This document shows, one piece after another, positions 46,936-57,287 of a stretch of DNA of 64,000 bases. This stretch comes from Syntrophales bacterium (lineage in GTDB: Bacteria; Desulfobacterota; Syntrophia; Syntrophales; UBA4778): NCBI GenBank assembly GCA_963665615.2, contig CAXXQE010000008.1, positions 310,001-374,000 of the forward strand. Direction: 5' to 3'. Below the pieces are notes generated by a model that was given only the letters and a program-made list of their open reading frames with translations, was not told the DNA's origin and made no database searches. Position 1 is the first letter of the stretch; every line of letters starts with the position of its first letter. A program made the position numbers and the translations under genes.

Positions 46936-48045
46936 ATGAATAAAAACGACTTTGCTCGTACACTTCTTCTTGAGAATATACTAAAAAGGGAAAATAACAA
47001 CTTCGATCTGATCAGGTTGATTGCTGCTTTCGCAGTTATTTATGGGCATTCCTTCGCGCTTATCAAAAATGTTCATACCTCCGACATGCTTCAACGCCTT
47101 ACGGGCATTTATTCTGCCGAGTGGGGCGTCAAGACTTTTTTCTTCCTCAGTGGTTTATTCGTTGTCAACAGCGTTCGTGGCGGAGAAGGTGCTATTGCCT
47201 TCCTCATCAAGCGTTTTCTCAGAATCTGGCCCGCCCTTTTTATCGTTTCATTTGCATGTGCGTTTATTATCGGCCCCTTGTGCACAAACCTTTCCATTCC
47301 CGACTACTTTAGAAATTATCAAGTCTATCACTATGTGATGAATATGAGTCTATTTAAAACGTGGGGGACTCAGGCGCTTGGTTATTATAACCTGCCGGGC
47401 GTATTTGCGGAGAACACCTTCAAATATACCGTAAATGCCCCTTTATGGACGATTGGCGTAATGGCTTTTTCATACCTATTCATTTTGGCTATCCACCTCG
47501 TTGGTGGCTTTCACAGACGTATTGCGATTATTCTCTTCATCGCCATTATGCTCGACACTTTCCTTCAGACCCGGTACATCTTTTTTTGGATTCCCCTGAA
47601 CAATAATGACTTCTCCCCTATGCCATTTTGTTTTGCCGTCGGCGGTATCCTGGCGATCTATAAGGATAGTTTAAGGATTCCGCTTACTGTCCCACTAGGG
47701 CTGATGCTTTTGTGTCTGCTCTTTAAGGGATGGGTACATCATCGATACTTGATTTATACTTTTTTCTTTATGACATCTGTTTATATTGCCTCCATACCGT
47801 TTGTCGTCAAATTCAAGAAAATTCCTGATTTGTCTTACGGCGTTTTTTTATGGGGGTGGCCGGTCCAGCAGACCATTGCGCATTTTGTTCCAAACATCGG
47901 GTTTTATCCATACCTGCTCGTATGCCTCATATTATCGCTCCTGCTTGCATATATTTGCTGGGTTCTGATAGAGAAACCAGCTCTCGACCTCGGGCACTTT
48001 CTCGTTTCACATGTGCCAAAGAGACTTACACGCTTGGGGCGTTAG
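46936..48045 (+). CDS. Acyltransferase family 3 (OafA-like membrane O-acyltransferase)
   Basis: FDLIRLIAA..H, FFFLSG, KRFLRIWP, LWT, DLSYGVFL, IEKP; start 46882-46936 uncertain. Confidence 0.85.
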   Translation: MNKNDFARTLLLENILKRENNNFDLIRLIAAFAVIYGHSFALIKNVHTSDMLQRLTGIYSAEWGVKTFFFLSGLFVVNSVRGGEGAIAFLIKRFLRIWPALFIVSFACAFIIGPLCTNLSIPDYFRNYQVYHYVMNMSLFKTWGTQALGYYNLPGVFAENTFKYTVNAPLWTIGVMAFSYLFILAIHLVGGFHRRIAIILFIAIMLDTFLQTRYIFFWIPLNNNDFSPMPFCFAVGGILAIYKDSLRIPLTVPLGLMLLCLLFKGWVHHRYLIYTFFFMTSVYIASIPFVVKFKKIPDLSYGVFLWGWPVQQTIAHFVPNIGFYPYLLVCLILSLLLAYICWVLIEKPALDLGHFLVSHVPKRLTRLGR

Positions 48046-48135
48046 CGCCTTCTTTTTTGCGTACACATATAATCCAGGCGAAAATATCGCTCTGGCAGTT
48101 GAACACATTAATAAATCTATCAATAGGGTGAGACG

Positions 48136-49146
48136 ATGACCAAAAGTGCGTTAATTACTGGCATAACCGGGATGGTCGGTTCGCATCTGGCCGACTACTT
48201 GTTAACTAATACCGACTGGGATATTTACGGCCTGTGCCGCTGGCGCAGTCCGTTGGATAATATTAGCCATCTCTTGCCGCGCATAAATCAAAAGGACCGC
48301 GTGCATTTGCTTTATGGCGATCTGCGCGATTACCACTCAATTCACGAGGCCGTGCTTAATTCACAGCCGGAATATGTATTTCATTTAGCTGCGCAGAGTT
48401 ACCCAAAGACAAGTTTTGATTCCCCGCTGGACACGCTTGAAACAAACATTCAAGGCACTGCCAACGTTCTTGAAGCTATCAGAAAAAATGCAATATCCCC
48501 TGTTACCCATGTTTGCGCTTCCTCGGAGGTATTCGGACGCGTTTCAAAAGACAAATTGCCAATTCATGAGGAATGCACATTTCACCCGGCCTCCCCATAC
48601 GCCATCTCCAAAGTCGGAACGGATCTCCTCGGCCGATTCTATGCGGAGGCATATGGCCTGACGGTCATGACGACAAGAATGTTTACTCATACCGGTCCGC
48701 GTCGCGGGGATGTCTTTGCCGAATCAACGTTTGCCAAGCAGATCGCCATGATCGAGGGGGGCGTCATTCCACCCATTGTTAAAACAGGCAATCTGGATTC
48801 GCTGAGGACTTTTGCGGATGTTCGCGATGCTGTTCGAGCCTACTACATGCTTGTCACCATAAATCCAATACCTGGAGCGTATTATAATATTGGCGGGACG
48901 TTTTCATGTACAGTAGGCGAAATGTTGCGGACGCTTTTATCTTTTTCCACCGTGAGAGATATTGCGATCGAAACCGACAAAGAACGCCTTCGGCCAATTG
49001 ATGCAGATTTGCAAATCCCGGATACGACAAAATTTAAAGCAATTACTGGCTGGGAACCGGAAATTCCTTTTGAGCAAACCATGAGAGATTTGCTCAACTA
49101 CTGGCGACAGCGGGTAAAATCGGGACAAAATTTTCTGACAAGATAA
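48136..49146 (+). CDS. GDP-mannose/GDP-manno-heptose 4,6-dehydratase (DmhA/WcbK-like)
   Basis: LITGITGMVGSHL, HLAAQS, SSEVFG, SPYAISK, FTHTGPRRG; adjacent to hddA/hddC. Confidence 0.85.
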   Translation: MTKSALITGITGMVGSHLADYLLTNTDWDIYGLCRWRSPLDNISHLLPRINQKDRVHLLYGDLRDYHSIHEAVLNSQPEYVFHLAAQSYPKTSFDSPLDTLETNIQGTANVLEAIRKNAISPVTHVCASSEVFGRVSKDKLPIHEECTFHPASPYAISKVGTDLLGRFYAEAYGLTVMTTRMFTHTGPRRGDVFAESTFAKQIAMIEGGVIPPIVKTGNLDSLRTFADVRDAVRAYYMLVTINPIPGAYYNIGGTFSCTVGEMLRTLLSFSTVRDIAIETDKERLRPIDADLQIPDTTKFKAITGWEPEIPFEQTMRDLLNYWRQRVKSGQNFLTR

Positions 49147-49155
49147 GGGATAGAT

Positions 49156-50184
49156 ATGATCATCAGAGCTCGTGCACCGCTGAGACTGGGACTTGCAGGG
49201 GGCGGAACGGATGTCGCGCCCTACTGTGATATCTATGGCGGCAACATCCTCAATGCCACCATAGACCGTTATGCCTATGCAACTATCAAAAAATTGAAAG
49301 AGCCACAGATAAAATTTGTTGCCACAGATAGACACCAGGAAAAGATAAAGACGACGGATGAGCCGCTGATATTGAATGGCAAACTGGATTTGCACAAGGC
49401 GGTTTATAATGAAATGATCCAAAGGTATAACGACGGGCGACCGATTGCGTTGGAGCTGACTACTTTTTGTGACGCACCGGCCGGCTCGGGATTGGGGGCC
49501 TCATCCACACTGGTTGTGACCATGGTCAAGGCTTTTGCGGAGTTATTGAATCTGCCCTTGGATGATTATGCTATTGCACAACTGGCCTTTAAAATAGAGC
49601 GGCTTGACTGCGGCTTGCAGGGAGGCCGGCAAGATCAATATTCGGCAACTTTTGGCGGATTCAATTTTATGGAATTCTATGCAGACAACCGCGCTGTTAT
49701 CAATCCGCTGCGAATCAAGCCCTGGATCATCTGTGAGTTGGAGGCTTCCCTGCTTCTGTTTTACACAGGTGTATCCCGAGAGTCAGCAAAGATTATTGCT
49801 GATCAGAGTGACAATGTTAAGAGCGGCAAAATGAACGCGATAGAGGCGATGCACTCAATGAAGAAGGAGGCGTTCTTGATGAAGGACAACCTTCTGAAAG
49901 GGGATTTTTCCGGCTTTGTCGAAACGATGCGTTCCGGTTGGGAAAACAAGAAAAATTCCGCGCAAACCGTTTCGACCCCGCACATCGAACAGATATACGA
50001 GGCGGCCATTCAGGCGGGTGCCTTGACCGGCAAGGTATCCGGCGCCGGTGGTGGTGGTTTTCTGATGTTTTTCGTGCCGCCCGATAAACGGATGAGCGTC
50101 TGTGCGGCGCTGTCAAACTTTCATGGACAGGTCAGCAATTGCCATTTTACCAAATATGGCTGCCAGGCATGGCGGGTTTCCTGA
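49156..50184 (+). CDS. hddA: D-glycero-alpha-D-manno-heptose-7-phosphate kinase (GHMP)
   Basis: APLRLGLAGGGTD, PAGSGLGASS, GGRQDQY, KVSGAGGGGF. Confidence 0.9.
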   Translation: MIIRARAPLRLGLAGGGTDVAPYCDIYGGNILNATIDRYAYATIKKLKEPQIKFVATDRHQEKIKTTDEPLILNGKLDLHKAVYNEMIQRYNDGRPIALELTTFCDAPAGSGLGASSTLVVTMVKAFAELLNLPLDDYAIAQLAFKIERLDCGLQGGRQDQYSATFGGFNFMEFYADNRAVINPLRIKPWIICELEASLLLFYTGVSRESAKIIADQSDNVKSGKMNAIEAMHSMKKEAFLMKDNLLKGDFSGFVETMRSGWENKKNSAQTVSTPHIEQIYEAAIQAGALTGKVSGAGGGGFLMFFVPPDKRMSVCAALSNFHGQVSNCHFTKYGCQAWRVS

Positions 50185-50199
50185 AGAAGATATCGTTCA

Positions 50200-50910
50200 A
50201 TGAAGACCATTATACTGGCAGGTGGATTCGGTACGCGTCTAAGGGAAGCAGTTGGTGATGTCCCAAAACCGATGGCAATGGTTGCGGGTCGTCCTTTTTT
50301 GGAATATTTACTGGATCGATTGATCAGCTGCGGGATAAATGACATTGTTCTTTCTGTCGGCTATAAGGCCGATCTAATTATTCAGCATTTTAGCAACCTA
50401 TACGGAAATCCAAAAATTACCTTCGCCGTCGAAGAAGAGCCCCTTGGAACGGGTGGTGCGATCGCCCGCGTTCTAAGCGGCGAGAAGCAGGCTGCGCTTG
50501 TGTTGAACGGCGATACGTTCGTCGATCTTGATTACGCCCAATTGATCAATTGGCATAGACAGCGACGGACAGCTGTCACCATGGTTTTAAAACGCGTTCG
50601 GGAGATCAGCAGGTATGGTTCCGTTATTGTTTCCAATGAGCAGGTTGCTGGTTTTATTGAGAAAGGCAAGTCAGGGCCCGGATTAATTAATGCCGGTGTC
50701 TATATTCTTCAGCCGGATATTTTTGAAACTTTCGGCATGACCGGCAGATTCAGTCTTGAAACGGATCTCCTGCAGAGACACTGCGATGCGTTGTCGCCAA
50801 GAGCCTATTTAACCGATGCATATTTTATTGATATTGGCCTTCCTGAAGACTATGAGCGCGCCCAATCTGAGCTTCCAACTATTGCCGCTTGCATGCCATT
50901 GCATCTGTAA
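50200..50910 (+). CDS. hddC: D-glycero-alpha-D-manno-heptose-1-phosphate guanylyltransferase
   Basis: LAGGFGTRL, PKPM, EPLGTGGAI, LNGDT, INAGVY, FIDIG. Confidence 0.85.
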   Translation: MKTIILAGGFGTRLREAVGDVPKPMAMVAGRPFLEYLLDRLISCGINDIVLSVGYKADLIIQHFSNLYGNPKITFAVEEEPLGTGGAIARVLSGEKQAALVLNGDTFVDLDYAQLINWHRQRRTAVTMVLKRVREISRYGSVIVSNEQVAGFIEKGKSGPGLINAGVYILQPDIFETFGMTGRFSLETDLLQRHCDALSPRAYLTDAYFIDIGLPEDYERAQSELPTIAACMPLHL

Positions 50911-50925
50911 ATCTCGCAACTGCCA

Positions 50926-51909
50926 ATGAAGCCTATGAACAAAATAACGATCCTCATGGCCACCTTGAACGGTGAGCGCTATTTGAGAGAACAGTTGGAT
51001 AGCTTATTAGCGCAAACCTGCAAGGATTGGGAACTCTACATACGCGATGACGGTTCGACCGATAATACGATAGATATCATCCGGAGCGTCCTGCAGCAAG
51101 ATCGTCGTCTTCATCTTGTCTCGTCCGCGGGTTCTGTTGGCGGCGCCTGTCGTAATTATGCCGTCCTGCTTGAACAGGCCGCCGGCCCCTACGTCATGTT
51201 CTGCGATCAGGATGACGTTTGGCTTTCAGACAAAATCGAAGTGACCCTTAGTACTATGAAGGATTGTGAACGGCAGTTCGGCGCGGACACGCCGATTCTA
51301 GTTCACACGGACTGCCGTGTCGTCGATTCAGCCTGCAGAGAAATCTCGCCATCGTTCATGGCCTACCAGCATATGGAGCACGTGGAAGACAACCCTCTTC
51401 GTATCCTATTGTCTCAAAATTTTATCACCGGCTGCACGGTCATGGCAAACCATGCACTGTTGTCCATAAGCCGACCGGTTCCGGATAACGCGCTCATGCA
51501 TGACTGGTGGCTGGGATTGATGGCGGCGGCAACGGGTAAAATCGCATTTGTCCCGAGAGGCACGCTCCTTTATCGTCAGCATACAGATAATGCTGTCGGC
51601 GCCTCGCGACTGCTTTCCGGACACCATTTCAGGCGACTATTCAAATTTGCGGACCTCAATGCGGCCATGAGCGGGCTCATGCTGCAAAACTGCGCATTAC
51701 TGAAGCATCTGAAGGGCCTTACCGGCGGCCCCCATACGCCAGAGGTTCTTGACGACCTTGTAGCGGCTGCCCGCAAAGGCCGACGGTCTGCCCTCGCGTC
51801 CGTTCTAAAGAACCGCATCGCCAAGCAGGGGCTGCTGCGGAATCTGCTTTTCTTTTTTCTACTGTCAACCGGATCGTATCCGTCCGCGCTACGATCCGCA
51901 TCACTTTGA
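50926..51909 (+). CDS. GT2 glycosyltransferase (rhamnosyltransferase-like)
   Basis: EQLDS, RDDGSTD, FCDQDDVW, TGCT, MHDWW, YRQH. Confidence 0.88.
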   Translation: MKPMNKITILMATLNGERYLREQLDSLLAQTCKDWELYIRDDGSTDNTIDIIRSVLQQDRRLHLVSSAGSVGGACRNYAVLLEQAAGPYVMFCDQDDVWLSDKIEVTLSTMKDCERQFGADTPILVHTDCRVVDSACREISPSFMAYQHMEHVEDNPLRILLSQNFITGCTVMANHALLSISRPVPDNALMHDWWLGLMAAATGKIAFVPRGTLLYRQHTDNAVGASRLLSGHHFRRLFKFADLNAAMSGLMLQNCALLKHLKGLTGGPHTPEVLDDLVAAARKGRRSALASVLKNRIAKQGLLRNLLFFFLLSTGSYPSALRSASL

Positions 51910-51965
51910 ATGGTCAAAGAGATGATGACAAGACGATGCGGCGAGCCGATCATGTAGCATCCCTC

Positions 51966-52865
51966 ATGAAAATCGATGTAATCGTCGTCAATTTCAATAG
52001 CGGTGCGCATCTCAGCAGATGCGTGCAGTCTGTGCTGACTTCCACGATCACGGCTCGGATTTTCGTGGTCGATAATCATTCTTCAGACGAAAGCTTGTCC
52101 CTTCTCAAGGGAGCGTTTGGAAACGATTCGCATTGTCACATTGTGGAGAATGCTGAGAACCTTGGATTTGCGCGCGCCAATAACCTGGCGCTCCCAGAGA
52201 CAACCGGCGACTACATCCTTTTTTTAAATCCGGATTGTTTTATTCAACCGGACACACTGGAGCGCCTGTGCACCATCATGGCGGATCACCCGGAGGCCGG
52301 GATGGGCGGTTGCCTGATCCGCAATCCGGATGGGTCAGAACAGGAGGGATGCCGCCGAAACACACCGACGCCGCTTCGTTCCCTGAGGCAGGTGGTGAAC
52401 CGCACAGGGGCGGGCCGGCATTATCCGGGGTCTCGCGGCATTAATTTGGCGGGTCGGCCGCTTCCCGATCGGCCCAGCGCTGTGGAAGCGATTTCCGGAG
52501 CTTTCATGCTTGTGCGCCGTAAGGCCCTGGAGCAAGTTGGGCCGATGGATGAAGGTTATTTTCTCCACTGTGAGGATCTGGACTGGTGCATGCGCTTTCG
52601 CATGGCGGGCTGGCAGATCCTGTTTGTTCCGGATATTGAAACCTTTCACAACAAGGGAGCTTGCAGTTCTGGTCGGCCCGTTCGCGTGGAATGGCACAAG
52701 CATCGGGGGATGATCCGGTTTTACCGCAAATTCTTTCGGACCCGATACCCTGCCGCCTTGATGTATCTGGTCGTCGTGGCAGTGTGGTTCAGGTTTTGTT
52801 TAGTGGCGTTGTTTCTCTCCGTGAAACGGATCTCCTCTTTCGCCCAAGGATCGCGCAGCATTTAA
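51966..52865 (+). CDS. GT2 glycosyltransferase (WbbL-like)
   Basis: VVNFN, VDNHSSD, NLGFARANN, LNPD, SGAFML, YFLHCEDLDWC. Confidence 0.88.
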   Translation: MKIDVIVVNFNSGAHLSRCVQSVLTSTITARIFVVDNHSSDESLSLLKGAFGNDSHCHIVENAENLGFARANNLALPETTGDYILFLNPDCFIQPDTLERLCTIMADHPEAGMGGCLIRNPDGSEQEGCRRNTPTPLRSLRQVVNRTGAGRHYPGSRGINLAGRPLPDRPSAVEAISGAFMLVRRKALEQVGPMDEGYFLHCEDLDWCMRFRMAGWQILFVPDIETFHNKGACSSGRPVRVEWHKHRGMIRFYRKFFRTRYPAALMYLVVVAVWFRFCLVALFLSVKRISSFAQGSRSI

Positions 52866-52871
52866 GAACGG

Positions 52872-53789
52872 ATGATCTCTTCTGAATCCATCATCGTTAC
52901 CGGCGCCACCTGTCAGGTTGGACGCTTTCTGCTCCCGCGGCTGGTGAAGGCGGGAAAGCATGTCTACGCCCTGAGCCGGCGCAATCGCGTAGCGACGGAG
53001 ATCGCCCATCCTCTGGTGACATGGCATCAGACCGACATCGCCCGTCGGGAAAGTCTTGACATACGGAGCGTGGCCGTCTGCATTCACCTGGCCCCCGTCT
53101 GGCTGCTTCCGGATCTTATGGATGATCTGTCACGCATCGGCGTTCGCCGCATTGTTGCGCTCAGTTCAACAAGCCGATTTTCAAAGATTCATTCTGAAAA
53201 TCCCCAGGAGCGGGCCATCGTCAGGAAGTTGGCGGAGGCGGAAGACAGCATCATCCGCAAGTGTGAGGCGCTAAGCATTGCCTGGACATTGCTCCGGCCG
53301 ACGATGATTTACGGCTGCGGAATGGACGGAAACGTCACGACGATTTCACGGTTTATCCGGAAATTCGGCTTTTTCCCGCTGTTCGGCAAGGGGAACGGCA
53401 TTCGGCAGCCGGTCCACGCAGACGACGTGGCCGGGGCCTGTCTGGCCGTTTTGAATTGTCAGGAATCAGCCAATAAATCATACAATCTGAACGGCGGGCA
53501 ATCGTTGACATTCCGGGAAATGGTGGAGGCTATTTTTCGCGCGCTGGGGCGTCAGCCTCGTATCGTTGGCATTCCGAAGTATCCGATGCATTTTCTGATA
53601 AAACTCGCAACGTGCGCCGGCGCATACCGACATATCAACTGGGACATGATGGAGCGGGTCAACCTGGACCTGTGCTTCGATGCATCCGACGCGCAACGGG
53701 ACTTTGGCTATTGCCCACGGCCATTTCTTTTCCGGGAGGACGACGCCCGGGCGGCAATTGGCTGCGGCGATAGACACAACGTGTTATGA
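52872..53789 (+). CDS. Atypical NAD-dependent epimerase/reductase
   Basis: VTGATCQVG, LRPTMIYG, RQPVHADD; no YxxxK. Confidence 0.75.
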   Translation: MISSESIIVTGATCQVGRFLLPRLVKAGKHVYALSRRNRVATEIAHPLVTWHQTDIARRESLDIRSVAVCIHLAPVWLLPDLMDDLSRIGVRRIVALSSTSRFSKIHSENPQERAIVRKLAEAEDSIIRKCEALSIAWTLLRPTMIYGCGMDGNVTTISRFIRKFGFFPLFGKGNGIRQPVHADDVAGACLAVLNCQESANKSYNLNGGQSLTFREMVEAIFRALGRQPRIVGIPKYPMHFLIKLATCAGAYRHINWDMMERVNLDLCFDASDAQRDFGYCPRPFLFREDDARAAIGCGDRHNVL

Positions 53790-54352
53790 ACGTGAAGCGA
53801 GTATTTGATCTTATCATCGCCTTTGCCGGACTCTGTTTGTTTTTCGTGCCGATTCTGCTGATAGCGCTCCAGATCAAACTAACCTCTGGAGGTCCTGTTT
53901 TATACTGGTCCGACCGGGTTGGCCGCAACAATCGCATCTTCCAAATGCCGAAATTCCGCACCATGCGGACAGATACGCCGGCCGTGGCGACCCATTTGCT
54001 TGACAACCCTGATCGCTATCTGACCCGGGCGGGAGGATTCCTTCGTAAATCCAGTCTGGACGAACTGCCGCAGTTATGGAGTGTTCTCAAAGGGGATATG
54101 AGTTTTGTGGGACCGCGCCCGGCCTTATACAATCAACATGATTTGATCGAATTGAGAACAAAGTTTTCTGTCCACAAGCTCATTCCGGGTATTACCGGAT
54201 GGGCGCAGATAAATGGACGAGACGATTTGCCCATCCCGATAAAAGTTGACTACGACGCCTACTACCTTCGCAATCGGTCTCTGTGGTTTGATATGAAGAT
54301 TTTGTGGCTCTCCTTGCTAAAGGTCGCCATGCGAGATGGTGTGTCGCACTGA
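53786..54352 (+). CDS. Monotopic phosphoglycosyl (sugar) transferase, PglC/WcaJ-C family
   Basis: [39 protein letters not shown]. Confidence 0.92.
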   Translation: MNVKRVFDLIIAFAGLCLFFVPILLIALQIKLTSGGPVLYWSDRVGRNNRIFQMPKFRTMRTDTPAVATHLLDNPDRYLTRAGGFLRKSSLDELPQLWSVLKGDMSFVGPRPALYNQHDLIELRTKFSVHKLIPGITGWAQINGRDDLPIPIKVDYDAYYLRNRSLWFDMKILWLSLLKVAMRDGVSH

Positions 54353-54413
54353 AAATGCGACGCACACTATCGTAGTTGAATTTAATTTTTTCCCGGAATC
54401 GTGAGGATGCAAC

Positions 54414-56345
54414 ATGAAGAAGATTATTCGTAACAAGAATTTTTATTTCATGGTGCTGATCGATATTCTCCTTGTTGTCATGGCGTATTTAGGTGCATAC
54501 CTCCTTCGCTTCGAGGGGAGAATTCCTGAACCGTGGTGGCTCAATTTCAAGCATACGCTCCCTTTCATCATCGCCATTAAAATCCCTATTTTCTTGGCGG
54601 GCAAGCTTTACAAAGGCATGTGGCGATTTACCAGCCTGATTGACATCGTCAACGCCATAAGATCTGTATTGGTAGCATCGACAATCATTGTTTTGGGTAT
54701 CCTCTTTATCTATCGTTTTGATGGATTTCCACGTTCTGTTTTCATACTCGATTGTCTCCTCACACTGTGTCTTATCTGCGGCATACGCATTGCCATTCGT
54801 CTGTTTCTTGCGAATCACCAGACTACGCGGTTGCATCTTCACATGCACAGGCCACCGCTTCGAAAAAATATTCTGATTATCGGTGCCGGTAGCGCAGCTG
54901 AAAAGGTTGTGCGAGAACTTCAAGGGAATCCGGTCCTCCCAATGAACCCCATCGGTTTTCTGGACGATGATCCGGACAAGCAGGGGAAAACTATCCATGG
55001 CGTGCCGGTCCTTGGAAAGACGGATAGATTGAATGATTTTTCAGATTCCTATGATGAAATCCTGATTGCGATTCCTTCACTAAGAAGTGACGGAACGCGC
55101 AGGATTATCTCGGCCTGTGAAAAAACCGGGAAAAAATTTCGCATTATGCCCAATCTCGGGGAGCTTATTGGCGGCAAAGTAACGGTCAATTCCATTCGCG
55201 AAGTCACAATTGAAGATCTCTTGGGCCGCGGCGAAGTAAAATTGGAGGAAGAGAGAATCCACCAAACCCTGCATAACAAGCGAATCTTGGTGACCGGGGC
55301 GGGTGGTTCTATTGGCAGTGAACTGGTTCGCCAGATTGCGCGCTTTCATCCAAAATCTGTGACATTGATTGATTTCAGTGAGTACAATCTCTTCCAGATC
55401 GATATGGAATTCAAACGCAGATTTCCTTATATTCCAACGGCTGTTTTGCTGGCGGACATCCGCGATAAAAATATCGTGAATCTTATTTTCCATCGGGAAC
55501 GACCTGATATCGTTTTTCACGCTGCCGCTTACAAGCACGTTCCAATTCAGGAACTTCACCCTTGGGAAGCCGTGAGCAATAATATCGCGGGGACAAAGAA
55601 TCTGCTAGAAGCAGCACTTGAAAACGGGGTAGGCCGATTCATTTTTGTTTCGACAGACAAGGCCGTGCGTCCGACGAACGTCATGGGCGCTACCAAGCGC
55701 ATCGCTGAGTTGCTCATTGAAAGCGCGAACGCCCTTTGCACAACGCAATTTACGACCGTCCGCTTCGGCAATGTGCTCAGTAGCTCGGGCTCTGTGGTGC
55801 CAATATTCCAAGAGCAGATTGCCAAGGGAGGGCCCATCACGGTGACCCACCCTGATGTCACACGCTATTTCATGACCATTCCGGAGGCGGCCCAGTTGAT
55901 CCTCCAAGCGGCGTCAATGGGGGCGGGCGGAGAGACGTTCATTCTGGATATGGGGGAACCCATCAAAATTTTGGATCTTGCCAAGGATTTGATTCGCCTG
56001 CATGGACTGGAGCCAGAAAAAGATATTCCCATTCAATTCATTGGGCTTCGGGCGGGGGAAAAACTCATCGAGGAACTGATTACGGATGAAGAAGGGATTG
56101 TTTCAACAACACATGAAAAAATCATGGTTCTCCGTGGTAAGCCTGGAAACTATAGCGCCCTTCAACTCGATGTTCTCGATCTGCTCACAATTGCTAAAAC
56201 CTGTGATGGCGGTGCAATTAAGGAGAAACTTCAGGCGTTGGTTCCTGAATATGTCCCTGAGCCGTCATCTTACCAATCTGCAGAGCAAAACAATAGCAAG
56301 GCAACTGGCACAGCGAGAATCTACACAATGCACCGCCCCGTCTGA
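54414..56345 (+). CDS. Membrane-anchored UDP-GlcNAc 4,6-dehydratase (PglF/CapD/WbpM family)
   Basis: Four N-terminal TMs, GAGGSIGSE, HAAAYKHVP, STDKAV, MGATK, RFGNVL, TRYFMTIPEA. Confidence 0.93.
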   Translation: MKKIIRNKNFYFMVLIDILLVVMAYLGAYLLRFEGRIPEPWWLNFKHTLPFIIAIKIPIFLAGKLYKGMWRFTSLIDIVNAIRSVLVASTIIVLGILFIYRFDGFPRSVFILDCLLTLCLICGIRIAIRLFLANHQTTRLHLHMHRPPLRKNILIIGAGSAAEKVVRELQGNPVLPMNPIGFLDDDPDKQGKTIHGVPVLGKTDRLNDFSDSYDEILIAIPSLRSDGTRRIISACEKTGKKFRIMPNLGELIGGKVTVNSIREVTIEDLLGRGEVKLEEERIHQTLHNKRILVTGAGGSIGSELVRQIARFHPKSVTLIDFSEYNLFQIDMEFKRRFPYIPTAVLLADIRDKNIVNLIFHRERPDIVFHAAAYKHVPIQELHPWEAVSNNIAGTKNLLEAALENGVGRFIFVSTDKAVRPTNVMGATKRIAELLIESANALCTTQFTTVRFGNVLSSSGSVVPIFQEQIAKGGPITVTHPDVTRYFMTIPEAAQLILQAASMGAGGETFILDMGEPIKILDLAKDLIRLHGLEPEKDIPIQFIGLRAGEKLIEELITDEEGIVSTTHEKIMVLRGKPGNYSALQLDVLDLLTIAKTCDGGAIKEKLQALVPEYVPEPSSYQSAEQNNSKATGTARIYTMHRPV

Positions 56346-56354
56346 TAATCCCCT

Positions 56355-57287
56355 CTATTTGTCCCGAATATTGGGGCAGCCTGACAGATGCCAGCCGATC
56401 AGCCTGGCATAGTCCGCGCTTCTTGATCTCAACCCGCGATCCAGCCCCAAGGTCAGAAGCATGCCGGTGCCGGTCAGAATGCAGTTCATCAACAACCTGA
56501 TGAAGATGACCATCCCGAAAATACCGGAGCGAAACGTGCCCTCCCATTTTTTCAGATACTGGTAGCGAGATCGATAGAACTCAACCCTGGACGGAAATCT
56601 ACTGCCAATACTGGATCCTTGCAAATGGTAGATCTGTGCGGAAGGCACAAAGCAGATCTTCCATCCCGCCTGTTTCATCTGCCTGGCCCAATCGGTTTCC
56701 TCAAAGAAGAAAAAATAACGTTCGTCAAACATCCCCACCCGATCGATCGCCTCTTTACGGACAATCAAGCACGCCCCGATGCCGGAATCGATTTCAATCG
56801 GTTCCGTGTGATGGTATCGCTTGCTGGGATACTTTTTCGGAAAAAGGTACTCCAACAACGACGTATTCGTCATCAATGCCAGAATGGATGGGAAGTTGGC
56901 TATAGAATTCTGGAGGCTGTCGTCGCGATTCAATAACTGTCCGCAAGCCATCCCGACATCAGAATGTTTTTCCATAAAGGCCAATAACTCGCCGACGGAC
57001 GTCTGCGTAACTACTGTGTCCGAATTCAAAAGCAGCGCGTATTTTCCTGTCATGACACGCATGGCCTGGTTGTTCGCAGCACCAAAGCCTTTGTTTTCCC
57101 TGTTTTCAATCACCTTGACCTGCGGAAATTGATCCCGGACTATGGCAACACTCCGGTCTACGGAGGCGTTGTCAACAACTATGATCTCAAGGGAATAACC
57201 TGCGGAATGTCGGTCAATGGATGCCAGGCAATTGAGAAGCAGGTCTTTCGTATTATAGTTGACGATGATTATAGAAATGTCGGTCAT
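56355..57287 (-). CDS. GT2 glycosyltransferase
   Basis: SIIIVNYN, VDNAS, GFGAANN, LLNSD, FFFFEETDW; ATGA overlap with upstream gene. Confidence 0.9.
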   Translation of the reverse strand: MTDISIIIVNYNTKDLLLNCLASIDRHSAGYSLEIIVVDNASVDRSVAIVRDQFPQVKVIENRENKGFGAANNQAMRVMTGKYALLLNSDTVVTQTSVGELLAFMEKHSDVGMACGQLLNRDDSLQNSIANFPSILALMTNTSLLEYLFPKKYPSKRYHHTEPIEIDSGIGACLIVRKEAIDRVGMFDERYFFFFEETDWARQMKQAGWKICFVPSAQIYHLQGSSIGSRFPSRVEFYRSRYQYLKKWEGTFRSGIFGMVIFIRLLMNCILTGTGMLLTLGLDRGLRSRSADYARLIGWHLSGCPNIRDK

